DNA from: Candidatus Micrarchaeota archaeon
GTDB lineage: Archaea; Micrarchaeota; Micrarchaeia; Anstonellales; Bilamarchaeaceae
Direction of reading: 5' to 3'
NCBI GenBank assembly: GCA_043812915.1
Contig: JBDRLQ010000025.1
Location: 1-61,731 of the forward strand
Length of the DNA: 61,731 nt
Under the pieces are notes generated by a model. The model was not told the origin of the DNA, did not search any database, and saw only the letters and a program-made list of their open reading frames with translations. The position numbers and the translations under genes are program-made. Within the stretch, counting starts at the first letter, position 1. Each line of letters starts with the position of its first letter. Positions 36,876-45,480 of this stretch are shown in pieces.

Positions 36876-38339
36876 TCATCCCCGTTTCAGCTTCCAGCGG
36901 ATTCCGCCCTGGCCCTTGTCCTCCAGGACGATCCCCATCGCAAGCAGCCTATCCCTGACCATGTCGGACTTGGCATAGTCCTTCTTTGACCTGGCCTCGT
37001 CCCGCAGGAGTATAATGTTCTCGAGCGCAGCCTCCGCGCTATCGGGCTTCTCAGAAACCCCGAGCTCTGAAAGCAGCGCTTCGAGGGCGCCCAATCTCCC
37101 CTCGATTGAAACCTTCTTCTCCTCAAGCCCGAGAATCCAGAGCATATCTGATACCGCATCCGTTAGTTTCTCGAGCTGCTTGCGGTCAAGCTTCTCCCCG
37201 CCCAAATGCGCGTTGGCAAGCCTTAGCAGGCTGAAGAGCGCCGCCAGGGCGCTTGGAGTATCGAAGTCATCTTCCATTGATGAGCGGAATTTTTCCACGA
37301 GGGCATCGCCCTCTTTCCTGAATTCCTGGTCCTTGGCATCCGGCTTGTCGCCCGAAAGGATCTCTGCAATCAGGCCCAGGGAATTGAATATCCTCTCAAC
37401 GCTCTCGCCTGCGGCCTCAAGGATGCCCTCCTCATAATCGAGCGGGCTCCGGTAATGGGCCTGCAGGTAGAAAAGGCGCAGGGCGTTCGGGCTGTGCTTC
37501 TGGAGCGACTGCTTCAGCGTGATGAAGTTGCCCAAAGACTTGCTCATCTTCTCATGCTCGACCGTCAGGAAGCCGGTGTGCATCCAGTACTTGCAGAACT
37601 CCTCGGCGGTGGCAGCCTCGCTCTGGGCAATCTCGTTCTCATGGTGCGGGAATATCAGGTCCCTGGCCCCCCCATGGATGTCAAGCGGGCGCCCGACATA
37701 TTTCCAGCTCATGGCCGAGCACTCTATGTGCCAGCCTGGCCTGCCCTTGCCCCATGGCGAATCGAATTCGAGGATCTCCCCCTTGCTCTTCTTCCACAGG
37801 GCGAAATCCAGGTGGCTCTTCTTGCCTTCTGCAACATCCTTCCGGACGCCAGCCTTCATCTGCTCAATATCCTGGCCCGAGAGCCTGCCATAGCCCTTGA
37901 ACTTAAGGACATCGAAGTAGACGCCGCTGTCCGTCTCGTAGGCATAGCCGTTCGCAATAAGCTTGCCAACCATGGAGATGATCTCGGGCAGGTGCTCTGT
38001 CACCTTCGGATACGCATCGGCATCGATGATGTGCAGCGCGCGGAAGAGCTCCAGGGCCTCATCATGCACCTCGGTTGTGAGCTTCACCGGGTCGGCTCCG
38101 CTCTCGAGGCAGCGCTTGATTATCTTGTCCTCCACGTCTGTGATATTCTGGATGTGGTAGACCTTGTAGCCTTCCTTCATCAGGAAGCGCTTTATCGTAT
38201 CGAAGGCGACGTAGGTCCTGGCGTGGCCTATGTGGGCGCTGTCGTACGGGGTGAGGCCGCATACGTACATCATGACCTTGCCCGGCTCAATTGGCCGGAA
38301 TTCCTCGATTTTCTTTGAAAGCGAGTTGTAGATACGCAT
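36876..38339 (-). CDS. cysS: Cysteine--tRNA ligase
   Basis: YVCGLTPYD..HIGH, DFALWK, PGWHIECS, FPHHENE, KMSKS. Confidence 0.97.
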   Translation of the reverse strand: MRIYNSLSKKIEEFRPIEPGKVMMYVCGLTPYDSAHIGHARTYVAFDTIKRFLMKEGYKVYHIQNITDVEDKIIKRCLESGADPVKLTTEVHDEALELFRALHIIDADAYPKVTEHLPEIISMVGKLIANGYAYETDSGVYFDVLKFKGYGRLSGQDIEQMKAGVRKDVAEGKKSHLDFALWKKSKGEILEFDSPWGKGRPGWHIECSAMSWKYVGRPLDIHGGARDLIFPHHENEIAQSEAATAEEFCKYWMHTGFLTVEHEKMSKSLGNFITLKQSLQKHSPNALRLFYLQAHYRSPLDYEEGILEAAGESVERIFNSLGLIAEILSGDKPDAKDQEFRKEGDALVEKFRSSMEDDFDTPSALAALFSLLRLANAHLGGEKLDRKQLEKLTDAVSDMLWILGLEEKKVSIEGRLGALEALLSELGVSEKPDSAEAALENIILLRDEARSKKDYAKSDMVRDRLLAMGIVLEDKGQGGIRWKLKRG

Positions 38340-38468
38340 AAAAGAACCTCCTGTAACAGTTTGTGGGGGCAAAAAATCTTTATAAAGATATCATTGGAGT
38401 ATATGCCCATGGCAGTAAATTTAAAACCGAGACCGCCAAAGGTCGGAGTAAAAAAGGAGGTTAATAAG

Positions 38469-38873
38469 ATGGTAGAACAAGCAGCTAAAGCTCCAGCAAA
38501 AGCAGCTCCTGCAGCTTCAGGAGGAAATGACGACACAAAACTGATAGGGGCACTCTGTTACGTAATACAGTTTTGGGTACCGCTATTCGTTCTTCTGACA
38601 GACAAGAAGAACAACAAGACGCTTCTGTTCCACGCATGGCAGTCGTTGATTTTCATGGTGGTATGGTTCGTCGTGTTCATCGGACTGTCGGTTGTGTTAG
38701 GAATACTGACGGCAGTTACAGGAGGCGCGGCAGGAATATTGAACTGTCTGTTGTTGCCCGTTGCCGGCGCACTGTGCATCTATGCTCTCTTCGTGGCATA
38801 CAAGACATACCAGGGAGAGAAAGTGATGATGCCGGTCATCGGTGAGCAGGCGCAGAAGATGGCTAACAAGTAG
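38469..38873 (+). CDS. DUF4870-type membrane protein
   Basis: GALCY...FHAWQS...AYKTYQGE....P.IG; AGGAGG ribosome-binding site before ATG 38469. Confidence 0.8.
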   Translation: MVEQAAKAPAKAAPAASGGNDDTKLIGALCYVIQFWVPLFVLLTDKKNNKTLLFHAWQSLIFMVVWFVVFIGLSVVLGILTAVTGGAAGILNCLLLPVAGALCIYALFVAYKTYQGEKVMMPVIGEQAQKMANK

Positions 38874-38934
38874 CCTCTTTTTTTCTTTTTATATTTTTTA
38901 TTCAATGGCGCAGCATCTATGCTGCAGAACCAGT

Positions 38935-41900
38935 TCAGAGGAAATCGGACAGGCCGGTCTGCTTGACCTTGTCATCCTCGAATATGCTATCCAATTCTTT
39001 CCCGAACAGTTTCAGCCTCTGCTTCAGGTAGTCCGGCAGATCAAAGCGCTCGGCGATTCCCCTTGCGATTTGCAGGTACTTCTCTATCCCGCCCTTGTTG
39101 ATTGTAAGGAGCAGGTTTCCGCCGCACTTGGAGCACTTGCCGGCCAGGGGCGGCCTCCTGAAGATTGTGTTGCAGCTGACGCACCTGAAGGTCTGCCTGG
39201 AATATGAGCGGAGGTTGCCGTAGAGGTCTGGAACGAAGTGGTTCATGATAAGGCGCTCGGCAGCATCCCTCGAATCTACCGGCCTGAGCCTGCCCTGCAG
39301 GCTGAATTCCGCCTCGATTTTATCTGGAATTGACTCGAGCTGGACATATGCCGTCCTGATGATTCCCTTGTCTATATACCCGCCAGGGTGCGTGAGGGGC
39401 AGCTGCCCGTACTGCTCTGGCTTGCCAAGGACATCCTTGACGGTCTTGAGCTTGACATCTCCAGGAGGCACAATCTTCTCGGCCGCCTGGTAGAACTCCA
39501 GGGGGTAGGATGATACGAACTCCATGCAGTACACCTCATCATCCACTTCCTTCGGATTGACTTCCAGCGAGAGGACCAGGGGAGCGTCCATTGTCCCGCC
39601 GCGCTTCTCGTTCAGGTACTTCCTGGAGAAGTTTATGAGCGCGTCCATCAGCATAATCAGGCAGTCCTCGTCCCCGTCGCACTGATGGGCAGTCACCCCG
39701 GAGCAGATAAGCGTGTGGTGCTTGTCCACGGTGAGATTATAGACATAGTCATCCCCGGAATCAACAATGGTCTTCTCAACAACCTTATCCAGGAAAACAC
39801 CTCCATCCAGCTCAGACCTGGAGCTCCTTTTCTTCAGGCGCCACTTCTCCAGAAGCTGCCGCGCGCGCCCGTGCTTCTGGCCGATGAACCCGATATTTTC
39901 CATGAATTTTTCGGCCTCAGCCCCGTAGATTCTTATCTTATAAGAAGTGAGGGACTTGGGCTTCCCGTAGAATTTGAGGATTGTATCGCTTTTTATCTGC
40001 CGGCTCTCTTTGCTGACCGAATGCCGGATGCTGGAAAACTGAAGGAGATAGGAAACGCCGTCTATCAGCTTCTTGTTTACCGAAGTTACGTTAACTTCAA
40101 GCGTACTGCCAAGAGAGCATGAACCATCCCCTGAGAAGTAACCGCGCAGGAAGGCGTTCCGGTGGGATTCCGTGAGGGAATAGACCATGCCAGGCACCAT
40201 TTTTGTCCTTGCATCCTTCCCGATTTTGAGCTGGTCAAAGAGGTCAAATACAAGCCTGGAGCACATGGTAATGCAATCGCCGGAAATGCTCGGATGAAGA
40301 CCGAAAACGCGGGCAATTTTCTCTTTCAGGAGCTTCCTTGCCCACGTCTTCGAGGCCGTGATTGATACCTGGTGGGCGCCCTTCTGGTTTCTTTTCATGT
40401 AGCCCTCTGCAACGTAGAAGCCCAGCAAAAAGAAGAAACCCCCGTCCATGGAAACGGCAGGCTTCGCAGATACCCTGCCCCTCTTTGAGCCTAGGAGATA
40501 GCTCCCGCTCCTGATTAGTCCCGGATTGAATCTCCGCACCAGTCCCAGGGGATAGGATTTGCGATAAAGGTAATTGGTGAGAGTCTTGTACTCCACTCCG
40601 ACAGAGCGGCTTAACCCAGAGAGTTGCCCGCAACCGGCGAAAACATCTTCATTGGTCCGTATCATCAAATCCTCGCAATCGCATATGCTAAGGAAGTCAA
40701 GCGGACCGGGCTCTTTTGTATTGGGATTGTCTATTTTCCATGGCACCAGCAGCTTCTCCGCATCCCCTGCATTTACCTTGCCGCCAGAGGCGTCTGGAAG
40801 AGGATGGTCGGGAGTCAGCGTTATGCTCCTGCCGCTTTTTGTCCTCAGCCGCAGCATCTTTTCCGGCGCAGGGCTCCTAGAGACATGGGTGATGTCTGCC
40901 AACTCGAATTCCCTGCTCTTCCTGTTGAATGCGAATGTCCTGAGGCCTGAAACCTTCCTGTACTCGGTTCCGAAATCATCCTTTTCTAGCTCCCCGATCA
41001 GGTACTTCCCTGCAAGCTCGCGCATGCTCAGAAGCTCAAAGTCCCCACCCTTAAGGACGAGGATGCTCTCGTCGCCGCCAAAACAATTCCTCCTCTTTAC
41101 CGTATGGAAATAAGGGTGCGCGTAGCCGACATTGGCCCTCGTGAATCCGATAATCCTGCATAGAGCCCCCGCGCTGGTGTGGGGTGATAGCCCGACCGCA
41201 AGATGGCCGATTAGGTCATCCCTCGTCTTGACGTTGTAGAAGGCGCGCAGGCCATAGAGGTTGACCAGCATCTCGTCAATGAACTTGGCCACCCTGAGGA
41301 AGTATTCCCCTCCGGAGTCTGAAAGCAGGAGGTCCTGGTGGCGCAGGGGGACCAGCTGGTCTCCGCGGGTGAGCGGCTCGCCAAGGTAATCCTCAGAATA
41401 TCCGAGCTCCCGGAGCTTCTCCACGGAAGTCCCGATTTCATCAGGGATGAAATGCGTCAGCGTGATGTCCGTCGCGTCGAACCTGCTGGTCCCGTCCCTG
41501 AAAACGAATATGCCGTGCTTTGAGCGGAGGAAGCCCTTCTCCAGGCGCTCGGGGATCTTCATGGCGTTCGACAGGCCGCGCACACCCTTTACATCCTCAG
41601 GGAAGAAGCCGAGCCTGGCCTTGATGCCATCGAACATGTCGACAATGTTCACGGGCCTGCGGTCATAGCAGACGGTATCCCGGTCACAGTGGGTATCGAA
41701 AGAGGTTGACGCCCCGCACTTCTGGCAGACCTTCTCTTCCTTCGCCTGCTTTCCGCATACCTCGCATCTCCTGTAGAAGCCTAGCGCCTTGCAGCCGGGG
41801 CAGCGGAACCTGGATACCTCCAGGTTTATCATCTTCTCCCCTTCCCTGGCCTTCAGGCTCCTGTAGGTCTTCATCAGGCTCCGGTTCTTGAACGAGCCCG

Positions 41901-43695
41901 TCGGGAACATCACCTGGGGCGTGCCGTCCATCCTTCTCTCCTTTGCCCTTTCCGGGCGGCCCATCCTGGCGCCTATGTAGGTTGGCGCCTTGGCCTTTAT
42001 CGTGATTCCTGACAATGAGTTGATTAGTTCGAGCGGGCCCTTTTCCCCAATCCACTGCTCATCGAATTTGTCCGACGAAACCTTTTCACCATCAAGCATG
42101 CCGAGGCTCGAGAGCACTGTGAATGCCTCGTTTGGGCCGAGCAGCACCCTCCCATCCTCCACCCCATGCTCCACAAGGACTTCCTCCAGGACGCGTTTTG
42201 GCGCCTCCTCCATGGCAAGCGCGAAGGAGATGGGCTTCCCTTCAGAGAATTCAGCCGTTCCTGTCTTCAGCCAGTCTACGAGCAGGCGCAGCTGCTCATT
42301 CGAAACATCATGCCAGTGGTAGGTATAATCAGGGTGCAGCGGGACGTTGTTGTTCCTTGAGAACTCGAATGCCGTTGGCGCGTCCATGGGGGGAGGCACC
42401 CTCACTCCCGCAGCCTCCAGCTCCTTCTCCCACCATTCCTGGCAGTAGCCGGATGGAATCAGGGGGTGGTTGGACTTAAGGAAGTCCCCATATGTGCAGA
42501 GCATGTCACCTAGGAAAAGCACTTCTTTTAGCTCTGGCCTGATGCGCTCGGCCTCCTCCAGGGTCCGAACCTTCATCACCGTGCCGTCATTGAGCTTGGC
42601 AACGGGAGGCTCAATCCCCTCGTGTGTCGCTATAACGCATCCCTTGCCGGGCCTCTCGATTTTCATGTGGGTGCCGTAGGCAAGGAAGCCATCGAGCAGA
42701 ATCATGGTGGCCGGGTGGATGTCCTTCGACATCAGGCCGGTTGTGCGGCTCCTGCCGTATCTCAGCCTGAATCCCCCTTTGGCGGACGCGTGCGCGAACA
42801 CGGGCCTGCCCGCGACAAGGCCATCGAGATACGTCTTGTCGGGCTTTATCTCAATCTTGTCCGCCTTCTTCTTGATTTTGATTATGTCCTCGAGCCAGTC
42901 CCAGCCCAGCTTGAGCTTCTTTGTATATTTGAAGAGCTTGGCTGCCTTGAGCGCCACCCCTTCGCAGCAGACCAGCGGCACTCCGCCCCGCACCCTGTCG
43001 GTCTCTACCCCGGGAACCCCCCGGTAGGCGGACACCTCGATTTCCTCTGTCGGGTCACCGTCGATGCACACCGGGCAGTTCTTGATTATGTGCCTGAGAT
43101 CCTTCTCCGGGGGCATGTACTGGAGGTGGGTGACCCGCGACTCATAGACGTTTATCTCCTCGACATATCTTTCTATCTGTGAATCAGTTGCCCGGTAATC
43201 GCCGACCCCGGCAGTCTTCCTTGCGATGTCAGCCAGGACGAGGCTGAGCGCGGCAGCGGTTCCCCCGGCGCTACGAATCGGGCCGGCATAATAGACACCG
43301 ACAAAGTCGCTGCCATCAGGGTTTTGCCTTATCCTGACCTTGGATATTCCTTCTGTCGGGGCAACGAGCACACCTTCCGTGAGTATCCCGACTCCGGTCC
43401 GAACGGCCTGCTCAATCAGCTTTTCCCTGCTTGCCCTGAAGACCTCTCCGGCCGCAATCTTCCTTGCAATCTCGAATGCGATATCCTCCCTGGCCATCCC
43501 CTGCTTCTCCATGTTCCGGATGATATCGGCAATTCCCGGGGGGCCGACGATCCCTTCCACACGGGCGGCGACGTCCTTTGCCAGCCGGACCTCCACATCG
43601 TCCGAAGGGTCCAGCCCCTTTGAGCGGGCTTCGCTGGCAAGGGCGTATGCCTTTTCCAGGCCATCCCGAAGCATGGCAAAATATTCCTCGCTCAT
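38935..43695 (-). CDS. polC: DNA polymerase D large subunit DP2, containing an intein
   Basis: GPIRSAGGT, GGFRLRYGR, GLSPHTSAG, KRRN|intein|CDGDED, RGGTMDAP, C-terminal zinc finger. Confidence 0.97.
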   Translation of the reverse strand: MSEEYFAMLRDGLEKAYALASEARSKGLDPSDDVEVRLAKDVAARVEGIVGPPGIADIIRNMEKQGMAREDIAFEIARKIAAGEVFRASREKLIEQAVRTGVGILTEGVLVAPTEGISKVRIRQNPDGSDFVGVYYAGPIRSAGGTAAALSLVLADIARKTAGVGDYRATDSQIERYVEEINVYESRVTHLQYMPPEKDLRHIIKNCPVCIDGDPTEEIEVSAYRGVPGVETDRVRGGVPLVCCEGVALKAAKLFKYTKKLKLGWDWLEDIIKIKKKADKIEIKPDKTYLDGLVAGRPVFAHASAKGGFRLRYGRSRTTGLMSKDIHPATMILLDGFLAYGTHMKIERPGKGCVIATHEGIEPPVAKLNDGTVMKVRTLEEAERIRPELKEVLFLGDMLCTYGDFLKSNHPLIPSGYCQEWWEKELEAAGVRVPPPMDAPTAFEFSRNNNVPLHPDYTYHWHDVSNEQLRLLVDWLKTGTAEFSEGKPISFALAMEEAPKRVLEEVLVEHGVEDGRVLLGPNEAFTVLSSLGMLDGEKVSSDKFDEQWIGEKGPLELINSLSGITIKAKAPTYIGARMGRPERAKERRMDGTPQVMFPTGSFKNRSLMKTYRSLKAREGEKMINLEVSRFRCPGCKALGFYRRCEVCGKQAKEEKVCQKCGASTSFDTHCDRDTVCYDRRPVNIVDMFDGIKARLGFFPEDVKGVRGLSNAMKIPERLEKGFLRSKHGIFVFRDGTSRFDATDITLTHFIPDEIGTSVEKLRELGYSEDYLGEPLTRGDQLVPLRHQDLLLSDSGGEYFLRVAKFIDEMLVNLYGLRAFYNVKTRDDLIGHLAVGLSPHTSAGALCRIIGFTRANVGYAHPYFHTVKRRNCFGGDESILVLKGGDFELLSMRELAGKYLIGELEKDDFGTEYRKVSGLRTFAFNRKSREFELADITHVSRSPAPEKMLRLRTKSGRSITLTPDHPLPDASGGKVNAGDAEKLLVPWKIDNPNTKEPGPLDFLSICDCEDLMIRTNEDVFAGCGQLSGLSRSVGVEYKTLTNYLYRKSYPLGLVRRFNPGLIRSGSYLLGSKRGRVSAKPAVSMDGGFFFLLGFYVAEGYMKRNQKGAHQVSITASKTWARKLLKEKIARVFGLHPSISGDCITMCSRLVFDLFDQLKIGKDARTKMVPGMVYSLTESHRNAFLRGYFSGDGSCSLGSTLEVNVTSVNKKLIDGVSYLLQFSSIRHSVSKESRQIKSDTILKFYGKPKSLTSYKIRIYGAEAEKFMENIGFIGQKHGRARQLLEKWRLKKRSSRSELDGGVFLDKVVEKTIVDSGDDYVYNLTVDKHHTLICSGVTAHQCDGDEDCLIMLMDALINFSRKYLNEKRGGTMDAPLVLSLEVNPKEVDDEVYCMEFVSSYPLEFYQAAEKIVPPGDVKLKTVKDVLGKPEQYGQLPLTHPGGYIDKGIIRTAYVQLESIPDKIEAEFSLQGRLRPVDSRDAAERLIMNHFVPDLYGNLRSYSRQTFRCVSCNTIFRRPPLAGKCSKCGGNLLLTINKGGIEKYLQIARGIAERFDLPDYLKQRLKLFGKELDSIFEDDKVKQTGLSDFL
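39682..41085 (-). mobile_element. Intein (468 aa) with a LAGLIDADG homing endonuclease and C-terminal Gln
   Basis: Begins CFGGDE after KRRN; block B TPDHP; LLGFYVAEG and FLRGYFSGDG; ends VYNLTV...AHQ followed by C(+1). Confidence 0.95.
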
Positions 43696-43799
43696 GAATA
43701 TTGACCTCAAGAATTCGAATAACAAGTAGTCTTTAAAACCAATATAATAAAATCCTTAATACCGGAGCCTGCAGGCATTTACCTTCGGGCAGCGGGCAT

Positions 43800-43930
43800 G
43801 CCAGAGTAGCTCAGCTGGTTAGAGTGCTCGACTCATAGGTGAAACCCGATGAGTTATGAGGCGCAAGCCGATGATAAATCCGTAGCACTGGGTAATCGAG
43901 AGGTCGGGGATTCAAGTTCCCCCTCTGGCA
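43800..43930 (+). tRNA. tRNA-Met(CAT), elongator type, with a 57-nt intron at 37/38 (43838-43894)
   Basis: Acceptor stem GCCAGAG/CTCTGGC. Clean BHB: central helix CTCA/TGGG, bulges TAG and TAA. Confidence 0.92.
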
Positions 43931-44158
43931 TTTTCCCTCTTCTAAAAAAAGTCGACAAACGGCGAACTTTCTCCATTGATTTTCTGGTCGTTTGGGGCGC
44001 CTGGAATTGCCCATGGGGAAAAAGTTTTTTCTTCTCTGAAAAAATTCAGCTGGGAAAAAAGATTGTGGGCAATAAGTGAGAAGAAATGGCAGTTGTTTTC
44101 AGACGAAAAAAGAATCGTTTTTAAGATATGAGTTCGGATGCAATACTGGTGCGTGTGG

Positions 44159-44275
44159 ATGACCGAGCAAGAAAAAATCAAAAATGGAATATGCCCTGTT
44201 TGCGACAACTCATTGGCCTTCCAGGAAGGCTGCAAGACCTGCTTTGCCTGCGGCTGGGGCGGATGCAGCGTCTGA
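44159..44275 (+). CDS. 38-aa zinc-ribbon microprotein resembling the NrdJ C-terminal Cys tail
   Basis: Not in the ORF track: MTEQEKIKNGICPVCDNSLAFQEGCKTCFACGWGGCSV. TTTTTAAG TATA box at about 44118, GGTG before the ATG, oligo-T after the stop. Confidence 0.75.
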   Translation: MTEQEKIKNGICPVCDNSLAFQEGCKTCFACGWGGCSV

Positions 44276-44329
44276 ATTCTTTTTCTCATTTCCTAAGCAT
44301 TTAATAATCTCTTTTTCATTTAGAGAGCC

Positions 44330-45298
44330 ATGCTCGAGTACCTGATGCTTATCGCAGGATTTCTACTTCTTATCAAGGGAGCCGAATACCTGATAAACGG
44401 GGCTTCCTCCCTGGCAAAGATGCTGGGCGTCTCGGAACTGATGATTGGCCTTAGCGTTGTCGCCTTCGGGACCAGCCTGCCCGAGCTCCTTATAAATGTC
44501 TTTGCCGCCCTTGAGAACAACGCCAGCATATCATTGGGCAACGTGATTGGCAGCAACATATTCAACGTCCTTACGATACTGGGCATCCTGACGCTCATCG
44601 GCACCCTTAAGGTGCATAAGTCGACCACCTGGAAGGAGATTCCGTTCGCGCTGCTGGCAACTCTCGTGCTGGCCATATTCCTCAATGATGTCTGGCTCAA
44701 TGGGGAGGCGGACAACATGCTAAGCCGTGCCGAGGGGCTCGTGCTTCTCTCGTTCTTCTTCATTTTCTTATATTACCTGTATGAGCTTGCCATGGGGCAG
44801 AGGAACGGGGATGGCAGCCCCCAGGGCGGGCAAACAGAGGTATTTTCTGCCTGGAAGACCGCAGGATTCCTTCTTATCGGGCTCATCGGGCTGTTCATCG
44901 GGGGAAGGCTAACAGTCGATGGCGCTGTGATAGCCGCCAGGAACATGGGAATTAGCGAGTTCCTCATCAGCTCCACGATTATTGCAATGGGCACGGGGCT
45001 GCCGGAGCTTGTCGCATCCATCATGGCTGCGCTAAAGAAGAACATGGACATGGCGGTCGGAAACATCGTGGGCTCGAACATATTCAACATATTCTTTGTG
45101 CTTGGGGTAACTGCGACCATCAATCCGGTGCCCTTCGACGATTTCGCTAATTTCGACGTCCTGTTCCTAATCGGGGCAACAGTCCTGCTCTTCCTATCCA
45201 TCTTCACTTTTAAGCCGCACAGGATAGACAAGCCTGAGGGGATACTGTTCCTCATCCTGTATGCAATATATGCCGGGTTCATAATCCTGAGGGGATAG
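44330..45298 (+). CDS. Ca2+/Na+ antiporter (CaCA, YrbG-like)
   Basis: Two alpha repeats, GTSLPE and GTGLPE, each followed by GN.IGSNIFN. Confidence 0.95.
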   Translation: MLEYLMLIAGFLLLIKGAEYLINGASSLAKMLGVSELMIGLSVVAFGTSLPELLINVFAALENNASISLGNVIGSNIFNVLTILGILTLIGTLKVHKSTTWKEIPFALLATLVLAIFLNDVWLNGEADNMLSRAEGLVLLSFFFIFLYYLYELAMGQRNGDGSPQGGQTEVFSAWKTAGFLLIGLIGLFIGGRLTVDGAVIAARNMGISEFLISSTIIAMGTGLPELVASIMAALKKNMDMAVGNIVGSNIFNIFFVLGVTATINPVPFDDFANFDVLFLIGATVLLFLSIFTFKPHRIDKPEGILFLILYAIYAGFIILRG

Positions 45299-45306
45299 GA
45301 ACTAGA

Positions 45307-45314
45307 TTTATAAA
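45307..45314 (+). promoter_or_regulatory. Archaeal TATA box for tRNA-Ala
   Basis: TTTATAAA about 32 nt upstream of the mature tRNA. Confidence 0.6.
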
Positions 45315-45345
45315 TGGTTTTCAGGATAAGGAAACTGTTGTTTTA

Positions 45346-45449
45346 GGGCTCATGGCTCAGTAGTAGAGCGCTCGCCTTGCAGGGCCTTTTGAATTGTTCA
45401 GGAGGTTCAGGAACGCGAGAGGCCGGGGGTGCGAATCCCCCTGAGTCCA
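45346..45449 (+). tRNA. tRNA-Ala(TGC) with a 32-nt intron at 37/38 (45382-45413)
   Basis: Acceptor stem GGGCTCA/TGAGTCC with G3:U70; BHB CTTG/CAGG with bulges CAG and AAC; intron forms a hairpin. Confidence 0.9.
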
Positions 45450-45480
45450 TTCTTCTCCTGTTCCGGCTTTATCAAGACTT

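Noticed and set aside
43838..43894. Hammerhead ribozyme in the tRNA-Met intron (GAAA, CGATGAG)
   Set aside because: The core is CCGATGA rather than CTGANGA, and the required three-stem arrangement cannot be built.
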